The notes: generated by a model not told the origin, from the letters alone. A DNA stretch of 64,000 bases from an uncultured delta proteobacterium (GCA_963771465.1 CAVYTU010000015.1:992001-1056000); one strand, 5' to 3'; positions 25,855 through 35,507 are shown, counted from the stretch's first letter. A program made the numbers and translations.

Positions 25855-26271
25855 ATGAACCATCGCTCACTAACGACCGCAGCCGCGTTGATCCTCGCCC
25901 TACCGTTTTCCGCCGCCGGACAACACGACCACGGCAAAAGCACGACGCCGGCGGCAAAACAATCGACGGCAAAGAAATCGCCGCCGGCGCTCGCACCCGC
26001 CGAAGGCGCGAGTATCAAGATACTCACGCCCACCAAGGGACAAACTTTCAAGGGCGACAAAGTAGAGATTAGTTACAAACTCACCAAGGGTAAACGCGGC
26101 CATCACGCGCACGCCTACATTGACGGCGAGCTCATGGGCATGTTTGAAAGTGACAAAGGCACGCTCAATGGCATTAAGTCCGGTAAGCATGTTTTGGAAT
26201 TGCGCGTGGTCGCCACCGACCACAGCACCGAACTGGACGCCAGCGACAAAGTCGAGTTCACGGTGAAATGA
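25855..26271 (+). CDS. Small exported His-containing Ig-like protein (DUF4399-like)
   Basis: Signal peptide, QHDH N-terminus, GHHAHAYIDG, GKHVLEL...DH motifs. Confidence 0.7.
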   Translation: MNHRSLTTAAALILALPFSAAGQHDHGKSTTPAAKQSTAKKSPPALAPAEGASIKILTPTKGQTFKGDKVEISYKLTKGKRGHHAHAYIDGELMGMFESDKGTLNGIKSGKHVLELRVVATDHSTELDASDKVEFTVK

Positions 26272-26338
26272 ACCCAAAGTCCGTGCTGCCCATAGAGCTT
26301 GCGCTGATGGGTTCGAACGACTAACATCGCAATCCACG

Positions 26339-26734
26339 ATGTACAGCGGCCAACACATATCAAGTTTCATGCGCGGCCTGTCCTTGCACGCCGCCGTCGC
26401 ATTGCTGCTTTTCTTGGTTCTCTCGCCACCCCATCGGGTGCACCATATTTTCGAGCAATTCACTGCGCCGCAATCGATCGGCCTTGCTAACGCAAGCGTT
26501 CACGATCATGGCGACAGCCACCACGAAAATCATTCACCGGTGCCAGCGCCCACTGCGCAGCCAAACGATTGCGCCGTACTCGCTGCAACACAAAACGCCC
26601 ATTCGCTGGCCGCCTGGTCTTTCGATTTGACAGTTTTCACCGCGGCAGTCGAACACACACAAATAAATTCGACCGAATCTGCGTTCTCATTCAACTTCGC
26701 ACCCCGCTCCCAACGCGCGCCGCCGCGCGTCTAA
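26339..26734 (+). CDS. DUF2946-like exported peptide with a C-terminal RAPP arrest motif
   Basis: Hydrophobic signal region, HRVHH, HDHGDSHHENH, single Cys, ends in PRSQRAPPRV*. Confidence 0.75.
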   Translation: MYSGQHISSFMRGLSLHAAVALLLFLVLSPPHRVHHIFEQFTAPQSIGLANASVHDHGDSHHENHSPVPAPTAQPNDCAVLAATQNAHSLAAWSFDLTVFTAAVEHTQINSTESAFSFNFAPRSQRAPPRV

Positions 26735-26870
26735 GCTTTCATTCGCAACTTGCATTCTTAACCCGGGCAAGCCCAGCGCGTTTTTCACTAAACCCGTTGG
26801 GCAACACGCCCGATGAGAAGTTGTTCCAGCGCGTCCAATGCGATGCGATTCCATGCGATGGAGGAAGGCG

Positions 26871-28190
26871 ATGATTGGAAAATTTAGCAGGGTATCACTG
26901 TTTATATTCTCATTGCAGGTTTATGGTTGCACCTCGGAGCTAATTCACCCCGCCACTGCCTCTCGCTCAGCGTCAGTGGAATTCACCGAGGAAGTCCGCC
27001 TCGGCGACAGCGAGCGAAATCCCTCTACACCATTTCTGCGTTACGCCCCCGATGGCCGCTTGTTTGCGGTCTGGACAGAAGAGCATGACAAACCTTGGCC
27101 CAATGGCCGCCCTACGGGTCACCAGCACGGCGGTGACCGCGCCGCATCGCCGCTGCGCAACGCGATGGTTGCCGCATCCGTCGACAGCGGTAAGACGTGG
27201 TCCGTGCCACGGCGTGTCAATAGCGCTGTCGAAGCGGTGCAAGGCGAAGAAAATGGTCCTAAGATCGCCGTCGGCGGCGGCAAGCGCGCTTACATCGTCT
27301 GGTCGATTCCCGGCGAGAAAGGCGACAAGACCCGCGCTAATATTCGCTTCGCCATGGATGACGGCAACGGCGGCTTCACGCCGGCGCAAACTTTGAATGA
27401 AGTCAAAGATGCCGGACGCTTTCCGATTATTGAAATGGCTCCGGACGGCAATCTTTTAATCGCTTGGATCGACCGGCGCGTGGACGGACCCAATCCGCGT
27501 CAGCTCTATCTCATGCGCCTGAATCCAAATGGCCGGGCGATGACGAAAAACTATCAAGTTGGCGAAGGACTTTGCGAGTGCTGCAAGCTGGGCATCACGT
27601 TCGCGGACGGCGGCAAGACGGTCTACATGGTTGACCGTGAGGTGGATGGCAAAAAGATTCGCAATCACGTACTGCGAAAGTCCACCGACGGCGGCACAAC
27701 TTTCAGCACGCCGGTGGAAATCAGCAATGACGGCTGGCAAGTTCCCTCCTGCCCGCATTCCGGTCCAAGTCTCGGCCGCGATAGTCGCGGTCAACTCCAC
27801 GTCAGTTGGTTTACCCTCGGCCGGTCGGAAGAAGAAGCAGGAATTTACTACAGTGTGTCGCGAGACGATGGCAAGAGCTTCTCGCCGCGCCAGCTCGTGC
27901 ACGCCAATAGCGCGCCGGAAACGCTCTACAACAACCTCGTCGTCGGGGACGACGACACGGTCTATTTGGCGTGGAGCAATCTCGATGGCAACAACAAAGC
28001 GCAAATCTATTTTCGCACGCTTGCAGCCGATGGCCGAACGTGGAGCGCGATCCAGCAAGTGAGCAACGCCAATGGGAATGCCAGCCGGCCAAGTCTGGCG
28101 CTACACCGTAACCAGCTCCATATCGCCTGGACTGAAATCGACGGCGAGGATTCGCGAGTGGTGATAAAAAACGCTACGGTCCAGCGATGA
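26871..28190 (+). CDS. BNR/Asp-box (sialidase-like) beta-propeller lipoprotein
   Basis: GGAGG RBS, VYGC lipobox, Asp boxes (SVDSGKTW, STDGGTTF, SRDDGKSF), CECC and CPH motifs. Confidence 0.85.
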   Translation: MIGKFSRVSLFIFSLQVYGCTSELIHPATASRSASVEFTEEVRLGDSERNPSTPFLRYAPDGRLFAVWTEEHDKPWPNGRPTGHQHGGDRAASPLRNAMVAASVDSGKTWSVPRRVNSAVEAVQGEENGPKIAVGGGKRAYIVWSIPGEKGDKTRANIRFAMDDGNGGFTPAQTLNEVKDAGRFPIIEMAPDGNLLIAWIDRRVDGPNPRQLYLMRLNPNGRAMTKNYQVGEGLCECCKLGITFADGGKTVYMVDREVDGKKIRNHVLRKSTDGGTTFSTPVEISNDGWQVPSCPHSGPSLGRDSRGQLHVSWFTLGRSEEEAGIYYSVSRDDGKSFSPRQLVHANSAPETLYNNLVVGDDDTVYLAWSNLDGNNKAQIYFRTLAADGRTWSAIQQVSNANGNASRPSLALHRNQLHIAWTEIDGEDSRVVIKNATVQR

Positions 28191-28732
28191 AGTTATCAAG
28201 AATGCACACTGGCTTATTCGCAGCACTTGTCAGCACCATGCTGACATCGGTGTGCGCATCATTGAGTTCAGCCCAACACTCGCACGAAATTAAGACTAAT
28301 GCCGCGCCTAGCGTAGGTGCGCCGGCCATCGCTTTTGATCTGAAATCTCTCGACGGCAAGTCGGTGGGATTAACAAGCTTCCGCGGCAAACCGTTGGTGC
28401 TCAATTTCTTCGCCAGCTGGTGCGATCCCTGCCGCGACGAGATACCGTTGATCAACGATCTCGCGTCCAAAGCAGCCAAAGACGGCTACAGCGTGCTTGG
28501 CATTGCCGTCGAAGACAGCCGCGCCGCGGTGAGCGAATTCGCCAAAGAAACCAACCTGGTTTTCCCCATCGCTCTGGACCTAAACAGCACTGTCAAACGC
28601 GCCTATCGAATCTTCGGCCCGCCGGCGACGTTTTTCGTCGACGGCCAAGGAATCATTCGCGACGTCGTTCTCGGCCCGATAACACCCGAGCGCGCCAAAG
28701 AAGCGATGAAAAGAGTGGGTGCTGTGCGTTAA
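28187..28732 (+). CDS. TlpA-family thiol-disulfide oxidoreductase
   Basis: LNFFASWCDPC, cis-Pro (GPP) motif, signal sequence; overlaps the upstream stop (ATGA). Confidence 0.92.
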   Translation: MKLSRMHTGLFAALVSTMLTSVCASLSSAQHSHEIKTNAAPSVGAPAIAFDLKSLDGKSVGLTSFRGKPLVLNFFASWCDPCRDEIPLINDLASKAAKDGYSVLGIAVEDSRAAVSEFAKETNLVFPIALDLNSTVKRAYRIFGPPATFFVDGQGIIRDVVLGPITPERAKEAMKRVGAVR

Positions 28733-28766
28733 AGTTTGTCTCAAATTTTAATCATTTACCCGAGCC

Positions 28767-29648
28767 ATGATTCGCTACCGAGTTCTTTTTTACAGCCTTT
28801 GCGTGAGCGCCGTTACCATCGCTGCATATCATTTCGGATTTAGTTTCGACTGGCGGACCAACGATGCCACTCAAACGGTTAAGGCGTACTTGCAAAAGAC
28901 TTACGCCCGCGACTTTAAAAATGCGTATCAATACCTATCGATCGCTGATCGACAGTCTCGCGGCGAAGCCAGTTATGTCGAGAGCCAGGATGCGTATAGC
29001 GGATTCGCGCTGGAAGCGGTAACAAAGCTCGCCAGTTTCATGCAAGTCTGGCCGATTGAACAGAGTCGAGACGACGAGCGCCGTCGGATCAAGGTCGGCT
29101 ACCGAGTTCCCGCACCGGCGGATCTTGCCGGTCTGCTATTGAACTGGGATGAAGCACAGCTCAACGCTCTGCCCCGTGATCGGCAGCAGCAAATCCTAGC
29201 CGAGATCGACGCGCGCAGAAAGGATAGCAAGCTGCTTATGATCGAAGGCCAGGAATCCCTTGAACTCAGGAAAGACGGAAAAGCCTGGAAGATTTTTCTC
29301 GATTGGGCGTCAGGAACGACGGTGAAGCTGAAAACCCAACTGCCTAAGTCCGGCGAGCTTGAAGTCCGTTTTGCCCAGACCGAAGTGATCGCCAAAAACG
29401 ACGAGTTGTTCCTGGTAAATTTGGTTATCAAGAACCGCGGTTCTCGCACTGTAACGTTTACCGTCGGTCACTTGATAGACCCAGATGCAATCGCAAACGA
29501 TCTAGAATTGGTTGAATGCGGCCTACTCACTCCCGTCACACTTCAGGCTGGGAGCACACAAGAATTTTCCATGGCGTATCTGCTCGGCAGCGCTGCGCGG
29601 CAAAACTACCGGGAGTTCAGCCTAACCTATGAGTTCAAGCTCAAGTAG
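28767..29648 (+). CDS. Membrane-anchored protein with divergent Cox11/CtaG-like C-terminal domain, paralog 1
   Basis: N-terminal anchor, YL..YARDF domain, C-terminus VGH...LELVECGLL...LTYEF. Confidence 0.75.
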   Translation: MIRYRVLFYSLCVSAVTIAAYHFGFSFDWRTNDATQTVKAYLQKTYARDFKNAYQYLSIADRQSRGEASYVESQDAYSGFALEAVTKLASFMQVWPIEQSRDDERRRIKVGYRVPAPADLAGLLLNWDEAQLNALPRDRQQQILAEIDARRKDSKLLMIEGQESLELRKDGKAWKIFLDWASGTTVKLKTQLPKSGELEVRFAQTEVIAKNDELFLVNLVIKNRGSRTVTFTVGHLIDPDAIANDLELVECGLLTPVTLQAGSTQEFSMAYLLGSAARQNYREFSLTYEFKLK

Positions 29649-29760
29649 CGATGTTCTAGCGAGCGGTCATGCTGGTGACCATTAGAAATTTATGGTTAAT
29701 TGCTGAAGTGCCCATGGTTCTTGGCGCGATCCGTCCCCGCGTCACTAAGAGGGCGATCGC

Positions 29761-30711
29761 ATGATGGAAACAATCCGCAACAAGATGCGTTCAGAGGAAT
29801 ATGCCGTGCCGCTAATCGCCGGCCTGAGAACCTGCACGTTACAAGCAGCTATCATTCTCATCGTATCGTTGTTCGGAAACTGCACCATGACCAGCACAGC
29901 TGCGCAGGCGCAAGCCCCGCGCGATCCGGCGCTCGTGCTGCAAACCTACCTGCGCGCTACCTATGCGCGCGATTTCGTTGAAGCGTACCGCATCATCTCG
30001 ACAGCCGACCGCAATGTTCGGGACCTGAACCGATACGTCCAGCAGCGCGGTCCGTTCGCCGGCTTCACCTTGGAAGCGGCAAAAAAGCTCAGCGAGTCGA
30101 TTCAAATCAAATTCATAGAGCGTAAGGACACGCCAAATCGCATGCAGGCGGTTATCAACTACAAAGTTCCCGACCCGAGCAAACTTTCACCCTTGTTGCT
30201 CAATTGGGATGCCCGCCGGCTGAACTCCTTGGTGCCAGATGAGCGCAAAAGAATTCTTGACACCATCGACAAGAAAAAACACGACGGCTCCTTGGAGATG
30301 AGCGAGGGCGAAGAAAAGTTGGAGCTCGTCAGAGAAAATGACGAGTGGCGGATATTTTTGAATTGGGCTGCCGGCGTCAAAATCCCGTTTCGAATGGATC
30401 TGTCAAAGTCGGCTGACTTGGAGGTGAGCCTTTCGAAAAACGAGATTGTCACGCAGCCGGGCGAGTTGTTTGAAATAATCCTGACTATCAAAAATCGAAC
30501 CAACCAACCGATCACCGCGCGCATCGGCCATGTTGTCGAGCCGAATAATCTCGCTGACTATCTGGATTTCGTCCAATGCGGTTTTCTTTTGCCCGTGACT
30601 CTTGGACCAGCCAGTGAAGAGCAATTTTCCGGAACCTATTTGCTTAGAGGCAGCCTTCCCGAAGGCGTGCGCCAGCTCAATCTGACCTACGATTTTCGCC
30701 TGCTGAAATAA
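29761..30711 (+). CDS. Divergent Cox11/CtaG-like protein, paralog 2
   Basis: YLRATYARDF; QPGE...KN...IGHVVEP..LADYLDFVQCGFL...LTYDF. Confidence 0.8.
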   Translation: MMETIRNKMRSEEYAVPLIAGLRTCTLQAAIILIVSLFGNCTMTSTAAQAQAPRDPALVLQTYLRATYARDFVEAYRIISTADRNVRDLNRYVQQRGPFAGFTLEAAKKLSESIQIKFIERKDTPNRMQAVINYKVPDPSKLSPLLLNWDARRLNSLVPDERKRILDTIDKKKHDGSLEMSEGEEKLELVRENDEWRIFLNWAAGVKIPFRMDLSKSADLEVSLSKNEIVTQPGELFEIILTIKNRTNQPITARIGHVVEPNNLADYLDFVQCGFLLPVTLGPASEEQFSGTYLLRGSLPEGVRQLNLTYDFRLLK

Positions 30712-30818
30712 AAGCATGATCAGCTTGGCGCCGCTAGCAGCGCAGTTTTTTTTATGTTTAATTGATTCAACGGAAACGTTTTCCATTTTGCGCATTGGAT
30801 GAATGGGGAGGTAATTCT

Positions 30819-31379
30819 ATGATCCGCCGCAAGTTGCTTGTCGTTCTGCTCACACTCGCCGTCGCTAATATCGCCGCGCTGAATGCTTTGCGCGCGCAGG
30901 ACACGATCTCCGAGAACAAAAAAATTGTCCCGTATGTCCCGTCGCCGCAGTTCGTCGTCGATAAGATGATTGAACTCGCCGGTGTTAAGCCCGGAGATTT
31001 AGTCTTTGACCTCGGTTCCGGCGACGGCCGCATCGTTGTCACCGCCGCGAAGAAGGGCGCCAAAGCGGTCGGCTTTGAGATCGATGGCGATCTCGTCGGC
31101 GAATCGCGGGCGAATATAAAGAAAGCCGGCGTCGAAGCGAACGCGGAAATTCGCAACCAAGACATACTCACCGTCGATTTTTCCGACGCCACCGTCGTCA
31201 CCATGTATCTGCTGCCCGACGTCAACTTGCAACTCAAACCGAAACTGCTGAGTCAGTTGAAACCCGGCGCGCGCATCGTTTCCCACTCCTTCGACATGGG
31301 CGACTGGAAGCCCGACAAAGTCGAACGGATCGAAGGACGAACCATTTTTCTTTGGACCATCCCGGCCAAGGGACGTTAA
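30819..31379 (+). CDS. Class I SAM-dependent methyltransferase with a signal peptide (FAM173/aKMT-like)
   Basis: VPYVPSP, DLGSGDGR, VVTMYL, LKPGARIVSHSF motifs; GGAGG RBS. Confidence 0.88.
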   Translation: MIRRKLLVVLLTLAVANIAALNALRAQDTISENKKIVPYVPSPQFVVDKMIELAGVKPGDLVFDLGSGDGRIVVTAAKKGAKAVGFEIDGDLVGESRANIKKAGVEANAEIRNQDILTVDFSDATVVTMYLLPDVNLQLKPKLLSQLKPGARIVSHSFDMGDWKPDKVERIEGRTIFLWTIPAKGR

Positions 31380-31432
31380 AACGTGCGGCGCGTTGAAGCG
31401 ATCGCGCGCCATCCGCGTCAAACCATCTGCCG

Positions 31433-32320
31433 ATGATCAAGAAAATTATTCTTGCGTCACTGAGCTGCCTCCTGCTCACTTTGCCGCTGCTCTATTGGCT
31501 TAACCGGATCGCTGCCTTGCCGCAGCACGAACCGATTCAGACGCTGACTCAGTACGTCCGCTTTCTCTACGCGCGTGACTTTCGCCAGGCCTACCGATTC
31601 ATCTCTGTGGAAGATCAGCGGCTTAAAAAATCGCACGACTACGTGCGCGAACGCCAGCCGTTTACCGGCTTTGCTCTGGATGTGGCGCGCAGGCTCGCCG
31701 GCCTGATCGAAGTCCGACCTTTGTCGAGCGCAGCGGACGGCGAACGCAACCGGCTCACGGTCGCCATGAAACTGCCGGATGCCAACAGTGTTGCTCCCTT
31801 GCTGCATGACTGGGATGACAAACGGCTCAACACTTTGTCGGCGACGGAGCGCAAGCATATTCTAACCACCATCGACAGTTGGGCCGACGCTAAGAAACTG
31901 CCAATGATCGAAGGCAAAGAAAGTTTCGTCATGATCAAAGAAGGTTCCAAGTGGAAAGTCTTTGTCGACTGGGCCGCCGGAGCACAGGTACAGTTTGCGG
32001 CCGCGCTGCCGGCGGGAAATGAAATCAGCGCCGAACCGACAACCAAAGAGACGGTCGCGCGCTCCGGCGATTCGTTTACGATCGGCTTCAAAGTCGCCAA
32101 CCCAACGAGCAAAGAGATCGTGACGCGCATCGTTCATCGCGTCGAACCCAAAGAGCTGGCGCCCTATTTGGATTTGGTCGAGTGCGCGCTCTTACTGCCG
32201 GTGCGAGTGGGGCCGGGTGAAGAGCAGCTGTTCAACAGCACCTATCTCGTCCGCGGCGACTTACCCGACGGTGCGAAAACGCTCAAAGTCACTTATGAGT
32301 TCAAGGTTGAGAGTAACTGA
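31433..32320 (+). CDS. Divergent Cox11/CtaG-like protein, paralog 3
   Basis: YVRFLYARDF; IVHRVEPKELAPYLDLVECALL...VTYEF. Confidence 0.8.
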   Translation: MIKKIILASLSCLLLTLPLLYWLNRIAALPQHEPIQTLTQYVRFLYARDFRQAYRFISVEDQRLKKSHDYVRERQPFTGFALDVARRLAGLIEVRPLSSAADGERNRLTVAMKLPDANSVAPLLHDWDDKRLNTLSATERKHILTTIDSWADAKKLPMIEGKESFVMIKEGSKWKVFVDWAAGAQVQFAAALPAGNEISAEPTTKETVARSGDSFTIGFKVANPTSKEIVTRIVHRVEPKELAPYLDLVECALLLPVRVGPGEEQLFNSTYLVRGDLPDGAKTLKVTYEFKVESN

Positions 32321-32915
32321 ACAGCTTGGCGCCGCGATGCTCGCGGTCGCTTTGCTACCATCGACAGCTCGGTCGCATATCCCGATCCCGCCCAAACAGC
32401 CAAGCGAAATCGGCCGGCGCGTCGTCAAAACCGCTGTGCCCGATTTCAAACTGACCGATCAGAACGGTAAACAATTCCAACTCAGTAGCAAACGGGGAAA
32501 TCTAGTTCTCACGACGTTTATCTTCACCACCTGCCCCGACGTATGTCCGCTATTTACCGCCAAGTTTGCCGCGATCCAGCGCGCCTTGGACGACAGAAAA
32601 TTCAAAGACTATTGGTTGCTCAGCATCACCACCGACCCGGAGCATGACAACGCAGCGGCATTGAAGGATTACGCCAACCGGTTCAAAGCCGACTCAGCCC
32701 ACTGGTCGTTTCTCACCGGCACGCGGTCGGATTTGACAAAAACGTGGAAAGCCTTTGGCGTCAACGTCACCAGGACCGAAGCTGGACAGGTTTTTCACAC
32801 TGCACTCACCACTCTCATCGATCGGCGCGGCAACCGCCGAGTCGATTATTACGGTGACAAATGGCTCGACCAAGAAGTGCTCAAGGATATCCAGTGGCTG
32901 AGCTCGCAAAAATGA
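32295..32915 (+). CDS. SCO1/SenC family protein
   Basis: FTTCPDVCP, TDPEHD, VFHT; start uncertain (32295 or 32337). Confidence 0.9.
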   Translation: MSSRLRVTEQLGAAMLAVALLPSTARSHIPIPPKQPSEIGRRVVKTAVPDFKLTDQNGKQFQLSSKRGNLVLTTFIFTTCPDVCPLFTAKFAAIQRALDDRKFKDYWLLSITTDPEHDNAAALKDYANRFKADSAHWSFLTGTRSDLTKTWKAFGVNVTRTEAGQVFHTALTTLIDRRGNRRVDYYGDKWLDQEVLKDIQWLSSQK

Positions 32916-33478
32916 TCCCGCGCCGAGCGTTAACGCTTTTTCTTACACTGCTATTCACTCATTGCCTTGTAACACCGGCAAGCGCAGCCCAGCGCGAGCA
33001 AGGCGTGCTGGAGATTCAAATCAAAGATCATCGCGACGCGATCGGCGATTTCGCGAAGCTAAATATCACCATCGAGAAATTCTCAATTAGCCCGAAACCA
33101 GCGTTAAAGATTTGGCAACCCAACTGGAAAGAAATCAGCTCCACATCCTCACCGGTTGACTTGACCCAATATGTAGGAAACAAAACTGCAAGAATATTTC
33201 GCGGCACGATTGATGCCGGATCGTTTGATGCATTTCACCTAAAGATCAAAACAATCGACGGACTCTTGAAGAAAAAACAGCGCTCCGTACGGGTGAAAGA
33301 CAAGACCGGTCCGGTTAAACTTTCTTTCGACATCAAACCAAAGGGCGAAACCATTTTGATTCTCGACTTCGTGGTATCGGATATGTCCGATCACCCACCG
33401 CTCGGTTATGAACTCGGAATACGGGGGCTCGAACTTTTTACCAACGGCAAGCTCGTTGAGAAAATCCCGCCGGGGTAA
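32912..33478 (+). CDS. Exported DUF4382-like protein
   Basis: Signal peptide, LEIQIKD...LNITI...ILDF pattern; overlaps the SCO stop (ATGA). Confidence 0.65.
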   Translation: MIPRRALTLFLTLLFTHCLVTPASAAQREQGVLEIQIKDHRDAIGDFAKLNITIEKFSISPKPALKIWQPNWKEISSTSSPVDLTQYVGNKTARIFRGTIDAGSFDAFHLKIKTIDGLLKKKQRSVRVKDKTGPVKLSFDIKPKGETILILDFVVSDMSDHPPLGYELGIRGLELFTNGKLVEKIPPG

Positions 33479-33700
33479 ATCATCAATCCAGAATGAAGGT
33501 TCTTTTCTGTTTTATCTTCTCCTTTTTTCCTTCCTCCTCATTCGCTTCTGGCAATATTGACCTTTACTGCCTACCCATCACACGCTAGCGTGAGAGGATC
33601 GCACCAGCATCGTTGTCAGGAGTTCATTCGCCGATCGACCTCGGTTGACTGGTTTCTCCACCGCTCGTATCTTGTAGCTTACTGAAGCTCGGCCGGCTCA

Positions 33701-35245
33701 ATGACAGTGTACAAAAATCCCGAGAACATCTCCGAATCGGCAACGCCATGGTTACTGCTCACATTGCTGTGTCTCGGGGGAGGCTTCCTTCGGTTCTACA
33801 ACTTCTGGAATTCCCCGATGTGGGTTGATGAATACGGGAGTTGGTGGATTGTATCAGCTCCTACTTGGAGTGAAGTGACCGAGCGAGCCCTGAAAACTCA
33901 GGGTCAGTCCCCTTTTTATTATGTTCTGGTCAAATTTTTCACAAATTTTTTGGGCGAAGGCCCTTTTCAGTTGCGCCTACCTTCTGTCATTTTTGGTATC
34001 GCTAGCCTCGCCCTCGTGTACCCCATAGCAATTCGAACATTTCAACACCGACAAGTAGCGCTCACGGCAGTTGTGGTATTTAGTCTTAGCGAGCGTCTCA
34101 TATGGTATTCTCAAAATGCCAGGCCCTACGCTCTTGCACTTCTTTTAACAATGCTCTCGTTTTTGTTTTTTCACTCCACCGCACATGCCAAGTCGATAAG
34201 CCACAAAATCGGATACGTGCTAGCGACCTCATTACTGATCTATGCACATTTTGTGTTCTGCTTTATCGCTATTATTCAGGTTATCTACCTAATATTCACA
34301 AAAGGTTGGCGCGAGAGCTTCTCTAAGACCTGGCTCCTTCCATTTCTCTGTATTGCATTTCTTTGCCTACCTCTTACCAGCCAATTGATCAGTTTATTTA
34401 AGCGGCGAGCTACTCTAGATTGGGTGCCCTACGTAGATCGACCAAATATAGTTGTTCAGTCTTTTTTGATTCTATTTGACCTATGTCACCCCTGGATATT
34501 TCTGGTCACGATTGCTGCCCTATTTTCCGTCGGCTTTAGACGCAATGAGCCACACGAGTTGAGCCGACGAGAAGGTCTTCGGCTTTTTTCGTGGTGGTTT
34601 ATTTTCCCCTTCGTCGTTTTTAGTACAATTCCGTCGTTGCTCGGGATAACACTTTTTCACCCCCGATATTTACTTTTCACCTATCCCGCAGCGTTTTTCC
34701 TGTTAGCTTGGTTCATGAACCATGTAAAACCAACTGATTGGCGCAGATGGATCCCAACTCTGGCATTTGCGATGTCGAGCACTATCTTTATCTTGATTCC
34801 TTCGCTCGGTAGGTCCGGTGCCTTCAGTTCCGGTTCGCGATGGGATTGGACCGACGCAGTGCGGGTGTTGGCGACATCAGCCAAACCCACAGATCTGATT
34901 ATATATCGTACTGGGTTAGTTGAGGCTGATTTGTTTGCCGCCGGTTCTCCAAAATCCTATCTACAATCCTATGTTGGCTGGCCGATAATCGCCAACCTAC
35001 CAACAGGTCACTCGTACGAGCTCGTCAGTTTACCTTTTCGATTGGGCGATCACACCCGCGCGTATTTTGTCTCCGTCGCGAAACTGGCAAGTCATTACAA
35101 TCGTGTATGGGTCATAGGTGAGGGAGAATTAACAGCACTCTTTGTCAAAACAATGATCTCAGACTATCGATTTCGCGGCGTACATAACTCCTCCCATGAG
35201 AAAGTGCAAGTCACGTTGTTGGAAGGAACTTTACTCGGTCCTTAG
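33701..35245 (+). CDS. GT-C fold glycosyltransferase (GT39/ArnT/PMT-like)
   Basis: WVDE, SPFYY, LRLPS, YSQNARPYAL motifs; multiple TM segments; more AT-rich than its neighbours. Confidence 0.85.
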   Translation: MTVYKNPENISESATPWLLLTLLCLGGGFLRFYNFWNSPMWVDEYGSWWIVSAPTWSEVTERALKTQGQSPFYYVLVKFFTNFLGEGPFQLRLPSVIFGIASLALVYPIAIRTFQHRQVALTAVVVFSLSERLIWYSQNARPYALALLLTMLSFLFFHSTAHAKSISHKIGYVLATSLLIYAHFVFCFIAIIQVIYLIFTKGWRESFSKTWLLPFLCIAFLCLPLTSQLISLFKRRATLDWVPYVDRPNIVVQSFLILFDLCHPWIFLVTIAALFSVGFRRNEPHELSRREGLRLFSWWFIFPFVVFSTIPSLLGITLFHPRYLLFTYPAAFFLLAWFMNHVKPTDWRRWIPTLAFAMSSTIFILIPSLGRSGAFSSGSRWDWTDAVRVLATSAKPTDLIIYRTGLVEADLFAAGSPKSYLQSYVGWPIIANLPTGHSYELVSLPFRLGDHTRAYFVSVAKLASHYNRVWVIGEGELTALFVKTMISDYRFRGVHNSSHEKVQVTLLEGTLLGP

Positions 35246-35495
35246 GCACATCAATGCATAATTTTCCATCACAATTCTCTGCTTCAAGATGACCTAAAAA
35301 AGAGCAGCGATTACAAACAACGCGTTTCCAGAAACAAGGGATGACACCATGGAAACTCCGATGTCGACCTGTAAAGCAATTTAAGCAATAAGCTTGGCGC
35401 GTGCTCGAGAACGTTGAAAGTTACCTAGAGCGAATGGGCATCATTCTCCGAGAGATTGTGCTTGCTACAAAAGTGGTACCCAATCGAGAGCCCGT

Positions 35496-35507
35496 CTCTA
35501 CACAAAC
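35496..35507 (+). repeat. 12-mer CTCTACACAAAC, copy 1 of 3
   Basis: Identical at 35496, 35934 and 37147. Confidence 0.8.

Noticed and set aside
26269-26295. TGA followed in frame by TQSPCCP* as a second selenocysteine
   Set aside because: The domain ends naturally at VEFTVK, the TGA is not at a catalytic position, and the extension is too short to support.
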